This document shows positions 1 through 9,121 of a stretch of DNA of 64,000 nt, piece after piece. The first letter of the stretch is position 1. The number at the start of each line of letters is the position of its first letter. Below the pieces are notes generated by a model. It was not told the origin of the DNA. It worked only from the letters and a program-made list of their open reading frames with translations, and ran no database searches. Source of the stretch: Ostreococcus lucimarinus (lineage: Eukaryota); the NCBI GenBank assembly GCA_000092065.1, contig CP000600.1. One strand, given 5' to 3'. The position numbers were made by a program, and so were the translations under genes.

Positions 1-794
1 CGCGCTTGGAGAATACGCGGGGTGCGGCGACTGCTCTCGAGCTTGCGCCTCAACAAATTCTCTAGCGTAATCCGTGTCGACGACTTGCTTCACCTCCAAT
101 ATCGTCGTCGACCCATCTTCGTGTTTCAAGGCAAAATCTGGTCGGTATGAATTCGACGCGCTCTCCGTCACTTCGCGCTTAAGAGTTTTCTGCGTCTTGA
201 TTTCGTCTCTGATGATCGGCGACGCGTGCAGGCGGTCGTCCAGCGCCCCGTTCTCCAACAGCGCCAGAGCGATTTTCTCCACCAAGCTCGGATGCGCGCT
301 CAACCACACCCCTCCCAAGTGTTCGTTCTCTCTCTCCTCGCACCGCAACAACCGACATATCAATTCACACTTTGGCGTCCCGTGCTGTCCGAGCGTCGTC
401 GCCGTCACGCCCTTTTGCCGCGAGCACAGCGCGCGCGCTCCTTCCCGCAGTTTCCCTCCCGAGTCCAGATTCGGGACGTGCGCGATCGCGACGCTTTCAT
501 CGCTCTTCACGCGCACGTCCGCGACGTACGGGCTCTTATTTCGCGCGCTCGGTCGTCGCATCACGACGACGTCCTCGAGCGCACCCAAGTCGACGAGCGT
601 CGTCGCCGTCGTCGTCGCCGTCGATCGCGCGCGTTTCTTCCCTCCCGCGTCGCGACCCGCGTCGGCGTTCCGTTTCACGCCTCGCCCGCCGCGCGCGAAT
701 CGCGCGAGACCGGCGACGACGCCGCGCATCGCGCGACGCGCGTCCCGGTGTCCCGGTGTCCCGGCGGCATTCGGCGCCGCGCGACCACGGACCG

Positions 795-1829
795 ATGCCG
801 CCCGACGACGCGCGCGCGAGCGCGAAAGATCGCTCGAGCGCTCCCGCGGAAACCTCCGTCGACGAGACGTCGCGCTACTTCACCGACGGCGAGCGCGAGT
901 GGTACGACAGCGAACGAATCCGAGCGTGCGCGACGCACTTGCTCGAGCGGTGCGCGACGTGCGGCGAGGATCAGAGCGTGAGCAACGATTACTGGAGACG
1001 CGTGCAGCGGGAGAGGTACGTGCGAGCGGTCGCGACGCGGGTGGCGACGAAAGACGCCGCGAAACCGCGCAGAGTGGTGGTGGAGGTGGAGTGTCCGCTG
1101 TTCGCGCTCGCGCGCGGCGGAAACGCCGTCTTCAACGTGAGCGTCGTCGCGCCTCTGGAGAACTTGTACGCGAAGGTGCGCGAGCGCATAGCGAAGGTCG
1201 TCGAAAAATTAAGGCACGAAGGCTTTCCTTTCCAGGCTTCGGGCCTGGGAGAAGAAATCAATGATTACGTGAATCAATTCTACCTCTCCAGGATGGATTC
1301 TGAACGATACACGGAAAACGGCGTACACGTATTCACACACATTCTCTATCGCGATGAAACCCTGCTGGATTGCATGCCGACCGTGATTGCAAACCAACCG
1401 ACGTTGTCGAAGTTGATTACCGAAAAATCGATGGAATTACCTCCATATCCGCTACTTACGGCTGTCCTGAAGTCGTGCGTCCAACACATGTTTATCATCG
1501 CCGACGCGTACGAAAGCACGGTGCAGCAGTTGGGTGAACCGAATCATTCACTTTCGGACGAAATTTTCTGGATGAATCCAGGCGATACATTTCAGCGGCA
1601 CTTCGTCGATATGTGCAATTTTTTCAATCGTCCAGTAGACGATGTGCGTTTCGTGGCGTGCGATTCGGATAGAAAATTCTTCGTCGTGGAGCCGACGGAT
1701 ACGCCTGAGAAGTTGCATTTGAGAGACCAAACCGAATTAGTGATGGTAAACAGAGCTTTGATGTCTACGATTGAGTTTCTTCAGCACAGGGGAAGCAAGC
1801 TGTTCACACGACCAGCAGGGGGTGTTTAG
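795..1829 (+). CDS. Hypothetical protein: C-terminal, non-repetitive ~340 aa of ORF 372..1829, with a possible ubiquitin-like/RA-type segment (VVVEVECPLFAL...). The 5' limit is uncertain and there may be upstream exons.
   Basis: ORF 372..1829 is low-complexity Arg/Ala junk up to ~790. It then becomes a normal-complexity, lower-GC sequence with high GC3. An in-frame ATG lies at 795 (MPPDD...), and an AT-rich 3' flank follows the stop. Confidence 0.45.
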   Translation: MPPDDARASAKDRSSAPAETSVDETSRYFTDGEREWYDSERIRACATHLLERCATCGEDQSVSNDYWRRVQRERYVRAVATRVATKDAAKPRRVVVEVECPLFALARGGNAVFNVSVVAPLENLYAKVRERIAKVVEKLRHEGFPFQASGLGEEINDYVNQFYLSRMDSERYTENGVHVFTHILYRDETLLDCMPTVIANQPTLSKLITEKSMELPPYPLLTAVLKSCVQHMFIIADAYESTVQQLGEPNHSLSDEIFWMNPGDTFQRHFVDMCNFFNRPVDDVRFVACDSDRKFFVVEPTDTPEKLHLRDQTELVMVNRALMSTIEFLQHRGSKLFTRPAGGV

Positions 1830-1871
1830 CGTCCTAAAAACATTTGTACAATTAAATTATACAGTATCCGG

Positions 1872-2639
1872 CTAAGCGTGCTCGACGACGTCGTCAATCA
1901 TCGATTCTAATTCCCTCGCGAACGCGTGCGCGGGAAGCCCCATGACGTTAAAATAATCACCGACGATTCCTCGAATGAACACCGCCGCCGGTCCCTGTAT
2001 GCCGTACCCGCCCGCTTTATCGTACGGTTCCTTTGTCGCCACGTACGCCGCTATCTCCTCCGCCTTCAGTTCCGCGAATTCGACCCTCGTCGTCTCGCTA
2101 AAGCTCTTCCCATATATCTTCCCAGTCTTCTTCGAAATTTTACCACCGATGATCGCCACTCCCGTGTGCACTTTACTCTCCGACCGCGACAACGCTCGAA
2201 GCATCGCCGTCGCGCTCGCCGCGTCCGCCGGTTTCTCCATCGTCGTCCCATCCGCGGATTCCACCACGGTATCGGCGCCTATGATGACGTCGGGCATTTC
2301 GCTCCCTCGTTCGTTCGCGTCCCAATTTTCGTACACGTCCATCGCTTTCATCCACGCCGTCGCGCGCGCGTACGCCGCCGCGCCGTCGTAGTCTTCGTGC
2401 GGCAAATTCTCGGCGAACGCGCTCGGCGCGATGTCGCACTCGACGCCGACGACGTCGCGCAGGATCTCTCGGCGTCTCGGCGACGCCGACGCGAGGACGA
2501 CGTGCAGCGCGTTCAGCGCGCTCAGGCGGTGCAGGATCATCGCGCGTCGCGCGGTGCCGGGTCCGACGCCGCGCATCGGGACGCGAGACGGTCGTCCCGG
2601 CGCGCGCGATCCGACGCGCGCCGTCTTCGCGAGTCGCAC
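1872..2639 (-). CDS. Maf-like nucleoside triphosphate pyrophosphatase (septum formation protein Maf family).
   Basis: Translation contains the Maf signature LASASPRRREIL, together with GADTVV, GYGIQG and MGLP motifs. The first Met of the ORF is at 2639; a more likely start is MILHRLS at ~2540. Confidence 0.85.
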   Translation of the reverse strand: MRLAKTARVGSRAPGRPSRVPMRGVGPGTARRAMILHRLSALNALHVVLASASPRRREILRDVVGVECDIAPSAFAENLPHEDYDGAAAYARATAWMKAMDVYENWDANERGSEMPDVIIGADTVVESADGTTMEKPADAASATAMLRALSRSESKVHTGVAIIGGKISKKTGKIYGKSFSETTRVEFAELKAEEIAAYVATKEPYDKAGGYGIQGPAAVFIRGIVGDYFNVMGLPAHAFARELESMIDDVVEHA

Positions 2640-2743
2640 TGCGCGACGCGAGGCGACGACGAGAGAAGACGCGCGAAGACGGCGAAGACCGCGAAGACGG
2701 ACGCGTCGACGACGGGAAACCGACCGAGAGGCGACAGCGGCCG

Positions 2744-4006
2744 ATGGCGAGCGATGAACGCGAACAGCAGGCGCTGCAAAAGCGCCTGCTGGAGTGCCTG
2801 AAGCGACCGGAGAATTTGACGTGCGCGGAGTGCGCGATGCGACTGCCGCGATGGGCGTCGACGTCGCTCGGAGTGTTCTTTTGCACCAACTGCAGCGGAT
2901 CGCATCGCGGACTCGGGGTGCACATATCCAAGGTGAAGTCGACGACGCTGGACAAGTGGACCGAGGCGCAGGTGGCGCACATGGAACGCGTCGGGAACGC
3001 CAAAGCGAACGCGTATTGGGAGGCGAACGTGCGCGCAGGGGTGAAACCAGGAGCGACGAGCGGTCGGGATGCGTGCGAGAGGTTCATTAGGGATAAGTAC
3101 GAGCGACAGTTGTACAAGGATACGACGCGGGACGGGCCGGAGGCGTCGATTCACGCGAGCGCCTCCGCGCCCGCGGAAGCGGCGGTGCCGGCCGCGGTGC
3201 CGGCCCAGCAGAGTGGTGGTATGTTTGATTTGATGTCGTTGCACGAACCCGCGCCGGTTCAAGCGAGTGAAGCGTCGACGACGTTCGGTGGCAGTCAATG
3301 GACGGATTTCAACGTCGCGCCGGCGCCGACCGCGCAAGTTCAAGCGGCGCCGGCGCCGGCGCCGAACGCGGGAGTGATGGACCAATGGAGCGATTTCACG
3401 ACGTCCACCGCTGTGCAGGCTCAAAATTCCGTCGCGGACGATGGCTGGGGGGATTTTACTGCGGCACCGCCAGCTGTCGCGGCGCCGGTTGCCGTCGAGC
3501 CCGCGCAAGCGCAAAAACCTGAAATGTCAAAAAATGACATCATGAACTTGTTCGACGCTCCTGCGGTACCTGCGGCGACAGCTCCGAGCGCATCGGCTCC
3601 GATTGGAACAAACATGGCGATGGGGGGCTTCGATCAGCTTCAAGCGGGGATGATGCCGCAAGGTGGGCAGGGGATGATGGGGGGCTACGGTACACAAGTG
3701 CCGCCGCAGCAGCAGTACGCGATGCAACCGATGCCGGGGATGCAGCAACAGCAATACATGGGAGGCGCTCAACAGTATGGCTATCCACCGCAGCACCATT
3801 ATCCGCAAATGGGCGTCGGCATGATGCCGCAAATGGGAGGAATGATGCCGCAAATGGGAGGAATGATGCCGCAAATGGGGGGCACGATGCCGCAAATGGG
3901 GGGCGCCTCGACGTACGGCGCTCAACCGTACATGCAGGCACAACCGCAGGCGCCGCAGAGCCCCCCGAAGCCTGACACGCAAAACATTCCGGAATTCAAG
4001 TGGTGA
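2744..4006 (+). CDS. ArfGAP-domain protein with a Gln/Met/Pro/Gly-rich low-complexity C-terminus.
   Basis: N-terminal C4 zinc finger CAECAMRLPRWASTSLGVFFCTNCSGSHRGLG... with the spacing and residues characteristic of the ArfGAP domain. The C-terminal half is QQYM/MMPQMGG low complexity. Confidence 0.85.
   Translation: MASDEREQQALQKRLLECLKRPENLTCAECAMRLPRWASTSLGVFFCTNCSGSHRGLGVHISKVKSTTLDKWTEAQVAHMERVGNAKANAYWEANVRAGVKPGATSGRDACERFIRDKYERQLYKDTTRDGPEASIHASASAPAEAAVPAAVPAQQSGGMFDLMSLHEPAPVQASEASTTFGGSQWTDFNVAPAPTAQVQAAPAPAPNAGVMDQWSDFTTSTAVQAQNSVADDGWGDFTAAPPAVAAPVAVEPAQAQKPEMSKNDIMNLFDAPAVPAATAPSASAPIGTNMAMGGFDQLQAGMMPQGGQGMMGGYGTQVPPQQQYAMQPMPGMQQQQYMGGAQQYGYPPQHHYPQMGVGMMPQMGGMMPQMGGMMPQMGGTMPQMGGASTYGAQPYMQAQPQAPQSPPKPDTQNIPEFKW
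3821..3904 (+). repeat. In-frame 21-nt tandem repeat (atgatgccgcaaatgggagga, ~4 copies) encoding (MMPQMGG)n inside the ArfGAP CDS.
   Basis: The unit is directly repeated in the sequence and appears as a repeat in the translated ORF. Confidence 0.8.
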
Positions 4007-4053
4007 ATGATTAGGCTTAAAAATAGCATTCTTCAATTCATTACACGGCGTTC

Positions 4054-4922
4054 TCATTCATCGTCTTCCCACTCGTCGTCGTCTTCCCATTCGTCGTCGT
4101 CGTCGTCTTCCTCTTCTGGAGTAGGGGTCGCCGGTAATCCGCGTTCAGCTTGCGCGACCCTTCTTCGGCGTTCTTCGATCTCTTTTTGCTTACGAGTTCG
4201 CTCCGCGAGCACGCGAGCTTCTTCGTCTTTGATCGCTCTCGCCTCGCGCGCCTCCACCTCGTGCTTGAGTTTAATCACCCCCACGATCCCACCCACGATG
4301 GCGAAGATAAGCCCCAGAGCTTTCTTCAACCCTCCCGCGGCGTCTTTCACGTTATGTTCCTTGAGCATGGCCACCAATTTCGAAGGCAACGCCCCGCTCA
4401 TCTCTTCCAACTTTTCTCCATTCTTGTACAACTGATACGTCGGAAGCGCCTTGACGTTACACTTCTCCGCCACCGCCGGAACGGCTTCGATATCCACCCT
4501 CACGAAGCGTATGCGTTTAAATTCCGCCGTTCTCGCGAGCGTCTGCATGTACGGCGCCATGGATTTACTCGAAGGGCTGTAGTTCTGTTCGTCGAACGCG
4601 CGCGTCGGGCGACCCCCGCGTCCTCGTCAGTCCTCGCGTCCTCGGTCCTCGGTCCTCGGTCCTCGGTCCTCGATCCTCGATCCTCGCCTCGTTTCCCGCG
4701 CGTCCTCGGTCTCGTCCTCGCGACGGTCTCTCGTCGTCGTCGTCCGCGCTTCGCTTCCCGCGGTCTCGACGCGCGCGTCGGACGCACCGAGACGAACTCC
4801 ACGAGCACGAGCTGATCTTTCCTTCGCAGCGCGCGATCGAACGCCGTCGCCGTCGCGAGCGTCTCCACGCGCGAGAACGCCTTCATCTTTCGCGCCCCGC
4901 CGGCGCGTCGTCGCGTCGACAT
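4054..4922 (-). CDS. Thioredoxin-fold protein with the active-site CGPC replaced by SPSS, a C-terminal TM helix and an acidic tail. It is spliced: exon 1 ~4788..4922, intron ~4585..4787, exon 2 4054..4584.
   Basis: Exon 1 ends ...KDQLVLVEFVS before a gtgcgt donor. Exon 2 begins after a cag acceptor with NYSPSSKSMAPYMQ...FVRVDIE...ALPTYQLYKNGEK. The joined sequence aligns colinearly with thioredoxin (VVVDFTASWCGPCRFIAP...KVDVD...AMPTF) and the phases match. The C-terminus is LGLIFAIVGGIVGVIKL (TM) followed by EEEDDDDDEWEDDDEWEDDE. Confidence 0.55.
4633..4690. repeat. Heptanucleotide microsatellite (cctcggt/cctcgat)n, ~8 units, inside the intron of the thioredoxin-like gene.
   Basis: Direct tandem copies are visible at 4633-4690. 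Confidence 0.8.
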
Positions 4923-5091
4923 CCCGCGTCGTCGTCGTCGTCGTCGTCGAGTCGCGCTCTGCGGGTCAGGTTTACGCGCGCGTCGTCGCGCGTCGCTCGG
5001 GACACCGCGACGCGACGCGCGCGCGACGAGCGACGCGCCGCGCGACGAGCGACGACGCGCCGGTCGAGCGTCGAGCTCGACGCGCGCCCGG

Positions 5092-8000
5092 ATGAGCGAC
5101 AGCGAGAGCGATTACAGCGACGACGACGCGCACATCGGCGGCGGCGATCGGGATGCGGAGGAAACGTACGACGGCGCGGGAGGCGAGGCGACGCTGAACG
5201 TGGACGTCGGATCGTCGCTCACGAGCGCGGATTGGGCGGACATCGATAACTCGGACCTCGTGGCCAAGGTGCGCGGGAGCGCGGGGTTTCGAATCATGCG
5301 AGAGATTCAGCCGTGGGACGGGGCGCTGGACGCGCCGCCGGATTTGATGAAACGACACGTGTTTGAATACTTTTACACGCAGCGCAAGGACAGTGACTTT
5401 TATAAAAAGTTGGCCAAGGATTGCTTCCCGAGCGAGTACGAAAGAGCGGGGGCGGATAAATCGGAGAAGAAGCGGTTGGCGAACCTCTGGGCGGGGGCGG
5501 TTTTGGACGAGTTGAAGGCGATGCGAGACGGGGCGAAGCACACCTTGCGATGGATCAACGCCATCAAGGAAGCGCAGGCGGGTGATTTGTTATTTTTAAA
5601 GCGTGAGGCTCTGACTCACGGGCCCGGGAGCGTGCAGGAGATTGCCAGTCAAATTGTTTGGGACAACGTGAGTAATCGCATCAAGGATCAAACCTTTGCG
5701 GCGATGCACGCGTGGACGAACAAATCGGGTGCTCAATCCGGTGGCGTCGCGCGCATGTACAAGCATCAGCACGAACTCATCGATCAACTGGACAAGCACT
5801 ATGCCGCCATCGGGAAAATGCAAGAGGCGAAGAAGCCGTTACCCAAGCCGTTGCACGTCATCTTATCGACGCCGACGGGGTCGGGCAAGACGTTCACCGC
5901 CATTCTCGTTCACCTGCGTCTTTTGAAGGTCAAGTACCCGGACGCTATCTTGCTCTACTCAGTGCCGACGAAACAAGTTTTGAAGCGCGTTGGACAAGAG
6001 TGTGAAGCGCACGCGGTGCCGTACTGGACGGCGGCGCGCGACAACACGGGCGATGGAACGCTTCACCAAGTGCGTCGTCCGTATTCCATTCGTGATAAGG
6101 CTCGAAACAAGAAAGCACTTCGTGCGGCGCGTGCTATCGGTGAAAAGGTCAGCGCTGGTTCCGGTACGATTCAACAACAGCTCGAATACGCCGCAGATGT
6201 GGGTTACAAGCTCAAGGATCACGGCGCTGGTAAACCGGATATCATCATCGCGGATCTCAATACCACGGCGGCGTTGCTCAAAGCCTGCAAGGAAGAAAGC
6301 TCCAGCTCGTTCTACCACGAGTCTAAGATTCTTTTGTACTTTGACGAGCCGAATATGGGTATTCACCTCGATCCGAATGTTTTGGGTGTGGTTTCGTCTA
6401 TCCAGGCCAACATGCCGCTCACCGCCGTACTTGCTTCGGCGACCCTAGGCGCGTGGGAAGGTTTGGAGCCTTGGTGGCGCGGCCCGACCGATGCGAACCA
6501 AATTACTATTAGTTTGGAGCCGTACGAGTTGCCAATGGCGAAGCTCGCCGTTTTCAACGAAGGCACGAGCGAGTTTTCTCCCATGAGTCCGCTCAACTTG
6601 ATTGAAAATTATGCCGAATACCAACGAGTGATGGAGGATTACCGTTTGCCCACGCTTCTGTTGCGTCACTTGACAGCTCGACATGGTAATGATTTATTGC
6701 AGATTCAACCGCCCGGTGGACCTTGGGATAAGGTGCAGGGTGACGTGAAATCGTTGCGTTTGGCAATCGAACCGACGTTTACGAGCCTGTCGCAAAAAGA
6801 ATTTGAACGACTGCAAGGTCGATGGAAGATGGGCGAGGACGCTCCTACCAAGGTCGATGGCATCCGTGGTGCACTCTCAAAAGAGGGCGTCACTATGGTC
6901 GGTTGCTTGGATCCGCGCAAGGTGGCGTTCGAGCTCGCCGGCTTTGCTGACCAGGAGGCTTGGATCCAAGACGTTCATAAATTGAACAACAAGCTCAAGG
7001 AAGCGGAAAGAATGGTAAAAGAGAACGCCAAGGCTGAAAAACGCAAAAAGAAGGATGACGAAGACGAGGCTAAGGATGGTGGCGACGAAGGCGGCGTCGG
7101 AGTCGTGACTCTTCGACCGATGTTAAAGATTAGTCTCGCCGAAGCTCTCGAGGCTGACATCAACACCTTGGTCATGCTTTCTAAGGGTATCGCTTATGCG
7201 TGCGGGTCAGGCACAGAGCCTATGGTGAAACGTCTTTATAACCAAGCGTTGCTCACCGTTCCCGATTCTCTTCGAGGACGATCTCCGCCGCTCAACGTGC
7301 TGGTTGTCGACTACTCGTCCATTTACGGAACGGATTGTCCCGCGGTTGATACTTTGTTGTTGCAAGAGGATTTGGGTCGACTCTTAGCTTGGGAAGATCT
7401 TCAGCAGTTCCTTGGTCGTCTTCGACGCGATGGAACAGCCGTTTTCTACTCCAAGAAAACTCTTCGCCGGGCCGCTCTCGGCGCCGCGGTCGAAGAGGAA
7501 GAGACGACGGCGCTTATTGAATTCCAAAAGCTTGTTGAAAACTCTGTGCTGGATCTCGAAAAGGCTCAAAAACGCGACACCGACAGCGTCACCGCCCTCG
7601 TGACCAAGCTCTCTGCGTCTTCTGGTCGCAGTGCGGGAGAAGTCGCTTCGTACGTGTTGGCGTCTGTTATATCGTTTGCGCTATCTGCTCCGTCTCATCT
7701 CGATGGTGCGGGCGTGTACCCGGCGACCATCCCGGAGAGCGACAAAGAGCTCTTAGCCGCGATCACAAAGCGCGTGGAGGGTTACTCGGACGCATTGGAA
7801 AATGTGTTGAAAAAGATGTCGGAGCAAGTTCGTGCCGTGAGCGCGATCGAAGCCCTCTCGCTCTCTGCGAACCCGTTCGCCAGCCGTACCGGCGGCGCTC
7901 GCGTGCTCGGCATTGCTGCGCAAGTGTTGAAAATGCTGTACGATGCTGATATCCTCTCCGAAGAAGCACTCTTTGCTTGGGCTAATGCGAAGCGCAAAGA

Positions 8001-8109
8001 ACTTCTCGCTGAGTCAGACGGTGACGCTCGCTTCTTTGGCAAAGCAAAGCCATTCATTCAGTGGTTATCCGAAGCAAGCGATGAAGACAGCGATGAAGAA
8101 GAAGAATAG
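5092..8109 (+). CDS. 1005-aa protein with a superfamily-2 helicase core (degenerate motif II, DEPN) and a C-terminal W2 (eIF4G/eIF5/eIF2B-epsilon type) domain.
   Basis: Helicase motifs: motif I LSTPTGSGKTFTA, motif II LLYFDEPNMG, motif III LASATLG, candidate motif V YGTDCPAVDTL, motif VI QQFLGRLRRDG. The C-terminus ...DILSEEALFAWANAKRKELLAESDGDARFFGKAKPFIQWLSEASDEDSDEEEE matches the acidic/aromatic AA-boxes at the W2 C-terminal end of eIF4G (AFYSW...FFKWLREAEEESD). It is a continuous ORF with an acidic N-terminus. Confidence 0.7.
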   Translation: MSDSESDYSDDDAHIGGGDRDAEETYDGAGGEATLNVDVGSSLTSADWADIDNSDLVAKVRGSAGFRIMREIQPWDGALDAPPDLMKRHVFEYFYTQRKDSDFYKKLAKDCFPSEYERAGADKSEKKRLANLWAGAVLDELKAMRDGAKHTLRWINAIKEAQAGDLLFLKREALTHGPGSVQEIASQIVWDNVSNRIKDQTFAAMHAWTNKSGAQSGGVARMYKHQHELIDQLDKHYAAIGKMQEAKKPLPKPLHVILSTPTGSGKTFTAILVHLRLLKVKYPDAILLYSVPTKQVLKRVGQECEAHAVPYWTAARDNTGDGTLHQVRRPYSIRDKARNKKALRAARAIGEKVSAGSGTIQQQLEYAADVGYKLKDHGAGKPDIIIADLNTTAALLKACKEESSSSFYHESKILLYFDEPNMGIHLDPNVLGVVSSIQANMPLTAVLASATLGAWEGLEPWWRGPTDANQITISLEPYELPMAKLAVFNEGTSEFSPMSPLNLIENYAEYQRVMEDYRLPTLLLRHLTARHGNDLLQIQPPGGPWDKVQGDVKSLRLAIEPTFTSLSQKEFERLQGRWKMGEDAPTKVDGIRGALSKEGVTMVGCLDPRKVAFELAGFADQEAWIQDVHKLNNKLKEAERMVKENAKAEKRKKKDDEDEAKDGGDEGGVGVVTLRPMLKISLAEALEADINTLVMLSKGIAYACGSGTEPMVKRLYNQALLTVPDSLRGRSPPLNVLVVDYSSIYGTDCPAVDTLLLQEDLGRLLAWEDLQQFLGRLRRDGTAVFYSKKTLRRAALGAAVEEEETTALIEFQKLVENSVLDLEKAQKRDTDSVTALVTKLSASSGRSAGEVASYVLASVISFALSAPSHLDGAGVYPATIPESDKELLAAITKRVEGYSDALENVLKKMSEQVRAVSAIEALSLSANPFASRTGGARVLGIAAQVLKMLYDADILSEEALFAWANAKRKELLAESDGDARFFGKAKPFIQWLSEASDEDSDEEEE

Positions 8110-8174
8110 GTCACACACACATCACATTTAATACAAATCAGTACACTAGTCAATTCAATCAGTCAATTTCTATT

Positions 8175-8966
8175 CTAAAATGCTATCCTATTACTTCCCG
8201 GAGCGGTGTACGCGACCTGGTGCGACGCGCAAAAGCCAAGCGACCGCAAACAGTCAGCGACGACATCTCTCCATGTAGCGACGGCGGCTTCAAACTTTAC
8301 CCTCGCGTCGTCATCCATGATCAAAGAGCTCGGTATACTCCACCCATACGCCAGTTCGCTCTCGTTGTCCACGCCGTCTCGTCGTCTACACTCTAACGAG
8401 TGTACGCTTAAACTGCACGACGATAACATCGCCGCCGCGCTTGACATAGACTCGGTCGGAAATGCGTACACGCACGGAAAATCCAATAATACTCCAGAGA
8501 CCGTCGGCGGTCCTATCGCGTCCGACTGCGCGTCAACGATATCGCTTATATCAATCACACCTTCGCGAGCGCGCAATGCCTCCAAAAGCGCCGCCTGGAC
8601 GCGCTCCCACGCGTCCGTCGCCGCCGTCCCGGTCGCCGGCTCCGGCGCGTGACCGCTCAAGTCGACGAAAATTCCCCGCCAATTCGACGCCTCGCGCGCC
8701 AGTACGCGGACATTCACCACAAACGTCGTTCCATGCATCGTCATAGCGCGCAGCTCGCGAGCATCGACGGCCAGAGTGCGCGCACATTCGCTCGAAAGCG
8801 TCGCCAAAAGTGCGGGCGTGACTCTCGGGGCGTAGTCGTTCATGAAGCTCGTGCGCGCACCGAGGGCGACGACGGCGAGGTCTCGGGCAAGAAGACGCGA
8901 CGTCGAGGCATCACACGTCGAGCGCGCGCGCACGATGGCGTCGACGGCGTCGAGGAGGGTTGACAT
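8175..8966 (-). CDS. Hypothetical protein (263 aa), family not recognised.
   Basis: Non-repetitive ORF with moderate GC and high GC3. Its stop lies 65 bp from the convergent helicase gene, across an AT-rich shared 3' region. Confidence 0.5.
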   Translation of the reverse strand: MSTLLDAVDAIVRARSTCDASTSRLLARDLAVVALGARTSFMNDYAPRVTPALLATLSSECARTLAVDARELRAMTMHGTTFVVNVRVLAREASNWRGIFVDLSGHAPEPATGTAATDAWERVQAALLEALRAREGVIDISDIVDAQSDAIGPPTVSGVLLDFPCVYAFPTESMSSAAAMLSSCSLSVHSLECRRRDGVDNESELAYGWSIPSSLIMDDDARVKFEAAVATWRDVVADCLRSLGFCASHQVAYTAPGSNRIAF

Positions 8967-9121
8967 CGCGCGAAAGCGTGGTGCTCGCGGCGACGAGTGC
9001 GGTCAACCGTCGGCTGTGCGTCAAGAGTCTGCGTTTGTTGTACAAATAAAATCATCTAGATGCGTCTAAGCAATGCGCGAAGAAAGAATTGTGAAAGTAT
9101 CGGTGATCGAACTTTACTCGA

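Noticed and set aside
74-1264. Overlapping long ORFs 74..1264, 226..981 and 372..~790 at the window start.
   Set aside because: Arg/Ala/Pro/Ser low complexity in CGCG-rich DNA. Credible coding sequence begins only at about 795.
2173-3514. Minus-strand ORFs 2173..3117 and 2537..3514, and plus ORF 1926..2801.
   Set aside because: They are antisense to or overlap the Maf and ArfGAP genes and give Arg-rich junk translations.
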